This document shows, piece after piece, positions 48,864-58,431 of a stretch of DNA of 64,000 nt. Within the stretch, counting starts at the first letter, position 1; the number at the start of each line of letters is the position of its first letter. Made by a program: the position numbers and the translations under genes. The notes beneath the pieces were generated by a model, which ran no database searches, was not told the DNA's origin, and was given only the letters and a program-made list of their open reading frames with translations. The DNA is taken from contig CAWHJB010000003.1 in NCBI GenBank assembly GCA_963829555.1, positions 53,957 through 117,956 of the forward strand. Direction: 5' to 3'. Source of the DNA: an uncultured Chloroflexia bacterium (GTDB taxonomy: Bacteria > Chloroflexota > Anaerolineae > Anaerolineales > UBA4823).

Positions 48864-49823
48864 TTATGCGGCGCGTTGTTTACTCAATGCCAGCAGGGAG
48901 ATGAACTCGAATACAAGATTGGACGCCAGAATAGCAGTGATGTCACTGTGATCGTAAGGAGGCGATACTTCCACAAGGTCGAAACCAACCAGGTTGAGAC
49001 CATCCAGGCCCCGTAGCAGGCGCAGCATTTCGTAGGAGCTAAAACCGCCTACTTCCGGAGTGCCTGTTCCGGGCGCATAGGCTGGGTCAATGGCGTCAAT
49101 ATCCAGGGAAACGTAAACCGGACGTTGGCCGACTACGGCCTGGATCATTTTCTGCACGGCCGGCAAACCCAACTCGTAAACCCGGTCGATGGTCAGGATG
49201 TGGACACCCATCTGGCGGGTTTGTTCCAGGTCGTTCGCCCCACTGATTGGCCCGCGAATGCCGATCTGGAGATAGGCCTGGGTATCGATCAATCCGGCTT
49301 CGATCGCCCTGCGGAAAGGCGTCCCGTGGCTGAAAGGCTGGCCGGGATATTCACTCTCCCAGGTGTCCGGATGGGAGTCGAAATGCACGACTGCCAGCGG
49401 GCCATACTGATTGGCATAGGCCCGCAATAGCGGGTAGCTGATACTGTGGTCCCCACCCAAGGAGATTGCGGTTACACCGGCCTCTAAAATCGAGGCGACC
49501 TCGCTGGTGATCGCAGCTTGCGTTTGTACGATATCCACGGGGATCACCTCGACATCCCCATAATCGATGATGTTCAGTACTTCGGTTGGGGTAACGCCCA
49601 GGGCTGCATGGTGCCCCCATAGTTGCAGAGATGCTTCCCGGATTTTACGGGGTCCAAAACGCGCTCCACTGCGGTAACTGGTGCCGGAATCAAACGGTAC
49701 ACCGAGGATAGCTACATCGACATCCTTAAGCTTGCGGCTGGGCGCCCGGCGCATGAAGGTTGCAATCCCGGCAAAAGGCTGTTGGTCGCTGCCGATTGCA
49801 GGGTCAGGTTGAATTTCAGGCAT
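48864..49823 (-). CDS. speB: Agmatinase / ureohydrolase family
   Basis: Start ATG 49823 (MPEIQPD) after GGGAGG. Mn-binding motifs GGDHSISYP, FDSHPD, SLDIDAIDP. Confidence 0.8.
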   Translation of the reverse strand: MPEIQPDPAIGSDQQPFAGIATFMRRAPSRKLKDVDVAILGVPFDSGTSYRSGARFGPRKIREASLQLWGHHAALGVTPTEVLNIIDYGDVEVIPVDIVQTQAAITSEVASILEAGVTAISLGGDHSISYPLLRAYANQYGPLAVVHFDSHPDTWESEYPGQPFSHGTPFRRAIEAGLIDTQAYLQIGIRGPISGANDLEQTRQMGVHILTIDRVYELGLPAVQKMIQAVVGQRPVYVSLDIDAIDPAYAPGTGTPEVGGFSSYEMLRLLRGLDGLNLVGFDLVEVSPPYDHSDITAILASNLVFEFISLLALSKQRAA

Positions 49824-49884
49824 ATTGCCTCCCAAATCTGGGTCACCACCCCGGAAATCCTGATTAGGAACGAACGGATTAATG

Positions 49885-50835
49885 CTAATGATCGATCGTT
49901 TGTTCCGGTTGGGTTGGCTTGGCGCTACGCAAAGGCACATCGTCCCAGGAGGAAGGATCATTCAGAGATTCGAGGTGGGTGAATACCACCACATTAGGGA
50001 GCGCTTCTGAGATGTCAGCTTCGATCTGTTCCAACAACTGATGACCGCGGTGTACACTCCAGTCTCCAGGGACCAGCACGTGCAGTGAAATAAATTTCAG
50101 TGCCCCCGATTGGCGAGTTCGTAAAGCATGATATTCGACACCCGCCTGACGATGAACCTCCAGGACTTTTCGAATGGTATCTTGTTCTACGGCCGGTAGC
50201 GCGACATCCATCAACCCTGATACTGAGCTGCGCAGGATGCCAACTCCTGACCAGATGATATTGACGGCGACCAGCAGGGCCACGATCGGGTCCAGGCGCT
50301 GCCAGCCGGTCAGGGCCACCAGGCCGACGCCGACCAGCACACCGGCTGAGGTCCATACATCTGTCATTAAGTGCCGGGAGTTAGCCTGAAGCGTGATGGA
50401 TTGATACTTCTTGCCGGCCCGCATCAGGATCATGGCGACGCTAAGGTTCGCCAAAGAGGCCACTACCGATACCGCCAGACCCAGCCCGATTTGTTCCAGG
50501 GGTCGGGGGGTGATCAGTCTCTGTACGGCAGTGACGCCGATGCTGAGCGCGGCAATAAGGATCAGGGTCCCTTCTACTCCGCTGGAAAAATATTCGGCTT
50601 TACTGTGGCCATAGGCGTGGCTCTCATCCGCTGGCCGGGCGGCGATCGAAAGCATCGCCAGGGCCATCAGTGCCCCCACCAGGTTGACGATTGATTCCAG
50701 CGCATCCGATAATAAACCAACGGAACCGGTTAAAAGGTAAGCCCCGGTTTTCAATCCAATAGTTAGCAGCGCTGCGGCGATTGAAAGCCAGGCGTATCGT
50801 GTCAGGAAGGTGCGATCCACAATATGATTAGCCAT
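49885..50835 (-). CDS. Cation diffusion facilitator family transporter
   Basis: 316 aa. Six TM helices with [10 protein letters not shown] and DVWTS motifs, plus a C-terminal cytoplasmic domain. Confidence 0.9.
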   Translation of the reverse strand: MANHIVDRTFLTRYAWLSIAAALLTIGLKTGAYLLTGSVGLLSDALESIVNLVGALMALAMLSIAARPADESHAYGHSKAEYFSSGVEGTLILIAALSIGVTAVQRLITPRPLEQIGLGLAVSVVASLANLSVAMILMRAGKKYQSITLQANSRHLMTDVWTSAGVLVGVGLVALTGWQRLDPIVALLVAVNIIWSGVGILRSSVSGLMDVALPAVEQDTIRKVLEVHRQAGVEYHALRTRQSGALKFISLHVLVPGDWSVHRGHQLLEQIEADISEALPNVVVFTHLESLNDPSSWDDVPLRSAKPTQPEQTIDH

Positions 50836-50960
50836 AGTGTTATCTCAGCGTTCGGACAAGGATAGTTGATAGGGATAAAGAATTGTCGATCCTGCGAATT
50901 CGAAAACCATATCTACTGGGAAGAATTATCTGGTTTCCAGAAACGATGTCAACACGCCCA

Positions 50961-50989
50961 ATTGTATTCAATAACTGTGTATCCGTCAA
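50961..50989 (-). promoter_or_regulatory. Candidate promoter of the CDF gene
   Basis: The minus strand reads TTGACG (50989-50984), a 17-nt spacer, then TACAAT (50966-50961). The leader is about 118 nt. Confidence 0.5.
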
Positions 50990-51039
50990 AGCAAAGCCCT
51001 TTACGGGTCACGGTTTTCAGCAAGTTCCAAAAATGAAGA

Positions 51040-51097
51040 GCTTGGTGTTGGGAATGGGCGGCCTAAGCCGCCCATTCCCAACACCAAGCCTTTTTTT
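51040..51097. repeat. 50-nt hairpin (23-bp stem, loop CTAA) plus T-run; family member, possible bidirectional terminator
   Basis: gcttggtgttgggaatgggcggc ctaa gccgcccattcccaacaccaagc followed by ttttttt; preceded by ccaaaaatg. Confidence 0.8.
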
Positions 51098-51136
51098 GTG
51101 AAAGTCTTGCTTTACGGGTGCATGCAAATGTTGTAA

Positions 51137-51188
51137 AAAAGTTATGGGGTTGATTTTCGGGCGAATTCGCCCGAAAATCAACCCCATA
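51137..51188 (-). terminator. Perfect 46-nt palindrome (centre GAATTC) acting as likely terminator of the response-regulator gene
   Basis: tatggggttgattttcgggcgaa|ttcgcccgaaaatcaaccccata. On the minus strand it is followed by acTTTTTT. Confidence 0.55.
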
Positions 51189-51239
51189 GATCCAAAAAAA
51201 CCCGGGATTTCCCAAAAGTCCTTGTTTTACAGGCTTTGA

Positions 51240-51914
51240 TTATCTATCAAAAGAACTGATAGGATCACTACCTAACCCAGCCTGTTTAGCGCGGATGATC
51301 GCCTGGGCGCGGTCCACAACCTGCAACTTATTCAAAATGTTTGACACGTGATTGCGAATTGTTTTGCTGGCAATCCCCAGTTCATTTGCGATCTCCTGAT
51401 TAGATTTATGCTGGGCCATTAAATTTAACACATCAAGTTCGCGCTCAGAAAGCTCTGGAAATGAATTTGCAGCAATACTTGCGGTGGAGAGGTTGGCAAA
51501 ATGCTGCATGACGCGTTTGGCAATCGGAGCGCCGAAGACAGCTTCGCCCCGTTGAACAGACTGGATCGCGCTGAGAATCTCCGCTTTGGAAGAACCTTTC
51601 AGTAGGTACCCGCGGGCGCCGGCGCGCAAAGCGGCAAACACCGTGTCATCGTCTTCGAACATGGTAAACACCAGAATACCGATATGGGGACTGGTTGACA
51701 GGATTTGTTTCGTCGCCTCGATCCCATTGGTAACAGGCATCTTAATATCCATCAGGACAATATCTGGCTGTAAGCGGGTCGCCAACGAAACAGCCTCATC
51801 TCCGTTTTTAGCTTCTCCCACGACCTCCATGTTCGGTTGAGAACGCAGCAAGGCCCGCAAGCCTTGCGCGTAGGAGGTGTGATCGTCCGCAATGATTACC
51901 CGTATGTATTCCAT
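51240..51914 (-). CDS. LuxR/NarL-family response regulator
   Basis: Receiver (VIIADDH...DIVLMDIKMP...KGYLLK) plus a LuxR HTH (LSERELDVLNLMAQHKSNQEIANELGIASKTIRNHVSNILNKL). Confidence 0.9.
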   Translation of the reverse strand: MEYIRVIIADDHTSYAQGLRALLRSQPNMEVVGEAKNGDEAVSLATRLQPDIVLMDIKMPVTNGIEATKQILSTSPHIGILVFTMFEDDDTVFAALRAGARGYLLKGSSKAEILSAIQSVQRGEAVFGAPIAKRVMQHFANLSTASIAANSFPELSERELDVLNLMAQHKSNQEIANELGIASKTIRNHVSNILNKLQVVDRAQAIIRAKQAGLGSDPISSFDR

Positions 51915-52243
51915 AACTTATCTCCAGCCCGAATGATCCCAGAAATATGAGATCAGGATCCAGGTGAGAAAGCAAGCCAGCCATTGGCTGGTTTTTTATT
52001 TACACCTGGAACTTATTAACTGATTATAGCTTACCTGAAAAATGAGCCTCTTGGGCAGAAATTTTGAATTCTCCTGATGATTTTGGGATGATGTCCCGGG
52101 CAGGCAGGACATATGCTCATGACAGGCATCAGGCAATCGGTTAATCTTATCAAACGATTAAAGTTATTACATGACACATCCCGGTACAGCTTTGTTCGAA
52201 TTCTACCTGAAAAGCTGGGCATCTACTTTTGGAGGAATATCCC

Positions 52244-54404
52244 ATGGAAACGAAAACGAAAAACAGGAGGTGGATATTTATCGTCTTTTGCCTTCTCTTC
52301 TTGTTGCTGCTGCCCGCGGGATATACAGGCTATATGACCTATGTGACAGGTCGAATTCCATTTCTGCCAGGCACTCAGACAGTCTCTGACAATGGCACGA
52401 CCTTGTTTGTAGATATCTTAAGCCCATCGTTGGCCGAGAATTTTAGTGTGGGCCAGCCAATTCAGGTACAAGCCCAGGTTTGGGGCCTGGCACCTGTGGA
52501 TACCGTTCAACTCCTCGTGGATGGACAGATCGTGGCAGATCAAACGGAGGATGCAGTTGCCAAGCCTTTAAATGTGAGTTTGATTTGGAATGGCAGTTCA
52601 CCCGGAGCACATGCCCTCACTGTGAATGCGACTGATTTGCAAGGACAAACCCGACAGTCGCAAACAGTGATCGTCAATTTGAATACTCCTCCCTTGAGTG
52701 CGGCTGTGGCTGCAAGCGGCGATACGCTGGCATCGATCAGTCAGGCTAATGGCGTTTCGGTAAATGAGGTCGTGGCACTCAATCCTGGACTGGCCTCTCA
52801 AGCTCCCAATGACCCGGTTTATCCGGGCTACCAGGTGAATTTACCCTCACGCTTAACCCGCCCGACCCAGAGTAATGGGGCACTTGGCAATCAACCAACT
52901 GTTTCCGTCCAGTCACAAACCGGATTGAGTATGTTGATCCAGTGGGCGCTGAATTTTCATCAGCCGGTTGACAGAATTTATTGTTATCAAACCACAGATG
53001 CAGTCAACTGGCAGCGCAACCCTGTAAGTGCCTTTAATTTTCTGCCTGGTCAACAATGGCAGCAGCCCATTCTACTTTCTGCTCAGCGGTCAAATGTAAT
53101 CCTGGTCTTGGATTGCTGGGGTTGGAAAGCCGGCATTTTGAACTACCTTGGACAAGGCCAGACGATCCTTTCGATTGGTAGTGTCCCGCGTGAGATCACC
53201 CTGGAAGCCAGCGGTTTTCAGGCTGTGGGTGTGCCGTTGATTAACCCGCAGGCAAATATACTCCCTGCCCCGAAAGTGCCGCCGCCTTACGGCTTGCGCG
53301 AACCAAAAAGCGTTTCTGAATGTGTTAAATATTTTGGCAGTTCGCTGGCTTCACTCGCCTGTAATGAATGGATCAACGAGCCGGTACAGACCCATGATTT
53401 GCTGATCTGGGATTGGCAGCCCGGCATCTGTCTGCCGGGAGATAACTACTGCAACTGGATCAACGAAATCCGCGGGTACCAGGTATTTGCGGTTGACGAC
53501 AACGGAAAACCCATCGAGTTGCTGCAATCTGTCGATTTGGGGCAGCAATTGGCGGCCATCCCTGTTTCGTGGGGGCCGGTGTGTTACGGTGTGCGCGCTT
53601 ACAGCGGCCATCCCCTCGGCAACAACCCCCTCAGGTTTTCTGAGGATGGTCGTGCATTGTCCTTCCGATCCGGCGCAGCCGCAGACAGTGACGATTGATA
53701 TGGACGAATGGTATTCAGCGGAAGGCTGGACATTACTCGACACTGAGTGCCCGTATGCAGAGAAAGGTAAAAGTAAAGTCACTTATGTCACAAATACATC
53801 AAAAGATGGTCATCCGCCCCTCAAATTGTATCCAAAGGGAAACCAGGTCCTGGTTGGCGACCAATGGTGGCATGCAAGTAATGGTTGTGATGAACACCGC
53901 AATGCCAAAGCGTTAATTCATTTTCCGCTGGACCAGATTCCACCAAAAGCCGTTATCCAGCAGGCCAGGTTGCAATTTATCCAGGAGGGCAATATTCATT
54001 CGTATGATGGTAGTCCCGCATCCATGGATCGGCCCATATGCGCCACCCGCCTCTTCCCCAGCCAACAAACCTGGCAACCACCTTCCGGTAAACATTTCGT
54101 CAATTATGGCGATCCCCGCCCACCAGGAACTGACTATGGTTATTGGTCCGATCAGTTCACCAACGCTGTGCAAGGCGCGCCATACCAGTCGATATCGAGC
54201 ACCACAACTCAATACGATGTAACCGGCGATGTCTTGCAATGGTACCAGAATCCAGCCAGCAATTATGGCTTTTCCATTCAAGCCTGGACAGTGGACCTTG
54301 AATATACAGGTCTGATCCAACCAAACGCCCATAAATCTGGATACTCATTTTGCTGGTCGACCTTGAATAATATCCAACTCGTAGTCGAGTACTTTGCTCC
54401 CTAG
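52244..54404 (+). pseudogene. Signal-anchored Ig-like + LysM + novel C-terminal domain protein, frame broken (or assembly indel)
   Basis: Start ATG 52244 after GGAGG. LysM motif GDTLASISQANGVSVNEVVALNPGL. ORFs 52229-53698 and 53487-54404 overlap in different frames; the junction is at about 53630-53655. Confidence 0.6.
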
Positions 54405-54422
54405 AGTATAAGGATCAAACAC

Positions 54423-55379
54423 ATGAAATCGAGCCATAGTCTTTCTGACAATATGTACGTTTTTTCTGGCTGCCTGCGCGGGTGGATTTAACCTTCCTTC
54501 TTCTTCGAGTGGCGAGACACCGGTTACCTGGATCGATAAACCCTTGCCAGACAGCCAATATGTTCTCGAACCTATCGAACTACTGGTTCATGCCAATGCA
54601 CCCAAGGGTGTTGCTGCGGTGGCTTTCTCGGTAAATGGGCAGCTGGTTGAAGCGCTCCCAATCAGCGGTGACGCCAGACCATTTGTCACCCTTCCACATT
54701 CCTGGACCCCTTCTGAACCCGGAGAATATACCCTGTCTTTTGCGGCGCAAAATGCAGTTGGTGCCTGGGGGGCAAGCAGCGATGTAACGATCCAGGTGGT
54801 CTCGCGACTGGATAACCCACTTGAGGGGGTTAATTTCACAGTGGAGGATACCCACCGCAGGCTATGGCAACCCAGGCTATCCAAGCGACAGTTACATCTC
54901 TTCCTCCGACGCCAATCTACACTTCGACCGGCGTCCCACCAGCCACTGCTATCCCGGCGACAAATACATCTCATCCTCCTACACCCACGAATATCCCGAC
55001 CAGTGTCCCGCCAACCTCCACTTTCACGCCTGTTCCTCCATTGCCGACTACTCCGCCGCCTCCGCCGGATACAGAACGACCAGTGATCCTCGAATTGGAA
55101 TGGTCTCCGTTCTCTCCGCAAGAGGATTCCCCGGTGTCGTTTAGTGTTGTGGCGCGGGACAACGTTGGCGTCACCCGGATTGAGATTTACTTTGTACGCC
55201 AGGGCAGCGCGGCCAGCGGCCCGATATATACCTGTAATAATACCGATGTTTGCACCTATGATGCCGGCAATGGCTTCTCCTGGGGCACTTACAGCTATTA
55301 TGCTAAAGCCTATGATGCCGCCGGTAACCAGGTAAATACATTTACGCAGACTGTCGTGGTACAGCAGGTGGTGAAATAG
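54423..55379 (+). pseudogene. Lipoprotein with two Ig-like domains and a Pro/Thr linker, two frame breaks
   Basis: ATG 54423 (MKSS) reaches a stop after 22 codons. The lipobox sequence IVFLTICTFFLAAC is in the +1 frame. A second shift at about 54834-54865 returns to the frame of the ATG. Confidence 0.55.
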
Positions 55380-55381
55380 CC

Positions 55382-57190
55382 ATGACTGCTAGAACACTTG
55401 CTGGATTAGGTTGATATACTGCTCTTGCTAACCGCCCTGTTGGCTGCGTGCGGTAGCCAACCTGTTACCCAAAATGCAGGATTATCAACTACACAGAACC
55501 CCACTGCCACCCTGGCCATCGAGCCACAGAGCAGTAGTGGGAATGGGACCTCCGATCTTCGTACCAGTGGAATCCGGGTTACAAGGACTTGACAGTCCGG
55601 CCGCAGATCTGGTTTGGGCCGTTAGATCCGTGGTCGTGGGATCGATATTACCCTGGACAAGGGCCTTTTGAATTCTATGATCTTTTCCAGCCGGATGCTC
55701 CCTGGCCGTGGGCCTCGGAGGCGGTGCAAGTCGTCCGTCTGTATCCGGTCTGGATTGACAATTATGCCACTCCGCAACAATTACAAAACGTGATTGAGGA
55801 TATCCAGGCGCGTGGTATGGCGATCTCGTATGAAGCCGGTCCCTTGCAGGAAACTAGTCAGTGTAATGCCAGCACAATCGAGGGCTTTTGGGGCAAACCT
55901 GGGGCTGAAAACATTGCCCATAACATCAAAGCGGCAGGTGGCAGGCTCTATTCCATGGATCTGGAGCATGGCTTTGATGCTGCCACGTACTACGATGTGG
56001 CGTGCCGTAAATCGCCGCGTGAAATCGCCGAGGATGCTGCGATCACAATAAATGCCCTGCGGGCTATATTTCCGGATGTGTTGATTGGCAGCATTGAGAC
56101 TGCCGACCTAAATGTGGATGATGTGGCTGCCTGGATGGAAGCCTACCGGGAAGTAATGGGCGAAGAGCTGGATTATTTCCATCTGGACATCAATTTCCAA
56201 CGGGTGGATTGGGCAGAACGAGCCCGGGAAATTGAAGATTATGTGGAATCAGGCGGTGTCGAGTTTGGGATCATCTATTTCGGCAACCATGATGATGGCT
56301 CGGATATCGATTGGATCAATCATGCTAAATCGCGCTTTGTTGAATATGAGGTTTTGCAAGGAGGAACGCCCGATCATGTCGTTTTTCAATCCTGGCATAC
56401 TCACCCGCAAAACCTGATCCCAGAGACTGAACCAGACGCGTTCACCAATCTGATTTTGCGCTACTTGCGCCCACGGACAAACATCTCTGTTGAAATCTTG
56501 GGGAATGCTGCCAGCGGCAACTTGCAAACGGACTCAGGAGCGCCGGTGCCTGAGGCTGAGATCGAAATATTTGCGGAACCGCTGGATGGTGATGGTTTGG
56601 TGACGGAATATCACGTTAGCGGCACGGTCCCCGACGGTGCTGTTCGGGGCAATGTGGGCTTCAGAGTCAATACGGAGTGTGATTGTCGAGGAACGGCGGC
56701 TTTTGTACTGGAGCAAGTCTCTTACACTGAGAGTAACCTGCCAGGTGGCAAAGTGCCCAATGGCAGTTTTGGCAATGGGCTGAATGGCTGGGGGTTGTGG
56801 GGTTCTGGGAATCAGAACCTGGTATCCAGTGCCTATGGCAATGGAACTGCGCTGGCGGTTGATGCCAGCCTTGGTCAAAACGCCGGAGCAAACTCGGATG
56901 CTTTTGTCGTAACGCCCGGCGAGACGTTTACGGTTACATTTACCGCCAGAGTGAGTCCACTGACGCATGCAGCCGGATATTTCAGCCTGTTTTTTCTCAA
57001 TGGAGCAACCGAGGTAGCTCGTTTCACGCTCCCCATATCGGCAGGCAGAACCACAATTGCCACGGGGGCCACCAACCAAGACGGAACTTTTTCGATCAAC
57101 CTGGACCAACTGCCTGAAGGCAGTTACCAGTTTGGGGCCTGGTATTCCGGATCGCCAATATTATGGCCAGCGATTGAAATTTTCAAATAG
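55382..57190 (+). pseudogene. Lipoprotein with C-terminal galactose-binding/CBM-like domain, two frame breaks
   Basis: ATG 55382 gives MTARTLAGLG then a stop. Deleting one G at 55409-55410 would give MTARTLAGLVDILLLLTALLAACGSQP. A second shift at about 55538-55585 leads into ORF 55589-57190. CBM-like motif NGSFGNGLNGWGLWG. Confidence 0.5.
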
Positions 57191-57234
57191 TCATTAGGTT
57201 CGATGCCATACCATATCCAATAGGAGTAATTCTG

Positions 57235-58251
57235 ATGAAAATAAAAACACTGATCATCCTGATCCTGGGAACCCTCATGTTTGCTGCGTGTGGTACTCAG
57301 GCCCCAGCCAGCCAGGACCAGGTTTTGGTTTATGCCCAGCAAACGCTAGACGCGCTGAACGCCAGTGTGGGACAGGATCAACCGATTGCTACGGTTGCAC
57401 CCCAATCTAATAGCGTTCAACCGGTTGCCACGGCTGTACCACAATCTAACACGGATACAGTTTCAGCCGGTGATGCGAATTCTGCAGGCAGTGGGAATGC
57501 ATCAGCAGGATTTGCTGGAGCAGTCGGTCAATGGGAGTCTTTAGATACGGATTTGAGTTACCAGACCCTCTCATTTGTTTCAAATGCGGATGGCAGTTAT
57601 GCTTTTCAATATACCGATCAAGGTGCCTCAACCTGCGGCCTTGATCCCAATAATAACGCCTTAAATGCATTGACTTTTTCCGGAACTGGGCTGGCGACAA
57701 ACAATATTTTCCACGCGACTCAGGTTCAGGGCGTTTGTGAGGGTACAGGTAAAACAATTGTTGTCGATTTGCAGTATGCCTTCCAGGCGGATAGCAATAC
57801 CATTATGGATGGCTCCGGGATAGTCTGGAAACAGCGTAACAGCGCCACCGGTTCAAAGCAAAGCGAGCCGACCGGTGAAAGGATAAATTTGTTTGATGCC
57901 ATTGACGGAGCGATCAATTTTCCCGCCAACCAGGCATTTCACATCGAGCATGGTTGGAGCTACGATGCTGGCAATTCTGCCCAGAACGTTTTCGCTACAT
58001 CTGATTTTGCGCTGGTGCTCGATCACCAAGCTTTGCCTTTGGATACGGTTAAAGTCCTGCCAGATGATTCTGGGAATGCTGGTAGCATCAATTGGGTGTA
58101 CAACTTCCCCAATGGCCTGACCGGCACTCATTCGTTTTCAGGGATCTGGACAGCGCCATGCGCCGTAGCGCAATCAGCTGCTAATTGTAATGATCCCAAT
58201 GCAACTGTTGAATCGGAACCGTTAGAAGTAACCATCAATTTCTCGCCGTAA
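57235..58251 (+). CDS. Lipoprotein, function unknown
   Basis: MKIKTLIILILGTLMFAACG lipobox; 338 aa, intact. Confidence 0.6.
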   Translation: MKIKTLIILILGTLMFAACGTQAPASQDQVLVYAQQTLDALNASVGQDQPIATVAPQSNSVQPVATAVPQSNTDTVSAGDANSAGSGNASAGFAGAVGQWESLDTDLSYQTLSFVSNADGSYAFQYTDQGASTCGLDPNNNALNALTFSGTGLATNNIFHATQVQGVCEGTGKTIVVDLQYAFQADSNTIMDGSGIVWKQRNSATGSKQSEPTGERINLFDAIDGAINFPANQAFHIEHGWSYDAGNSAQNVFATSDFALVLDHQALPLDTVKVLPDDSGNAGSINWVYNFPNGLTGTHSFSGIWTAPCAVAQSAANCNDPNATVESEPLEVTINFSP

Positions 58252-58355
58252 TGTTTCTTGCCTACGAACACCCTGGATTGTTGATCAACTATGATTTCAC
58301 CCCTGGAAATTCAACAATTGTGAACTGATGCACTAGTTCTCCATCAGGATGCGTT

Positions 58356-58399
58356 AAAATGCTTCTGGGAAGTTAATTATTAACTTCCAGAAGCATTTT
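58356..58399. repeat. Near-perfect 43-nt palindrome (one extra G in the left arm), possible bidirectional terminator
   Basis: aaaatgcttctgggaagttaat|attaacttccagaagcatttt. Confidence 0.8.
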
Positions 58400-58431
58400 C
58401 ATTTATATACCACTTTATACGACATATCTAT

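Noticed and set aside
50836-50960. Metal (NiCo/czcD-type) riboswitch in the CDF leader.
   Set aside because: I cannot recognise the motif from memory with any confidence. Only a short hairpin (tctgg aaa ccaga) is visible. This needs an Rfam scan.
50985-51233. CRISPR-like reading of alternating conserved boxes and variable hairpins.
   Set aside because: There are only two or three units, the variable parts are self-complementary palindromes rather than spacers, the spacing is irregular, and there are no cas genes.
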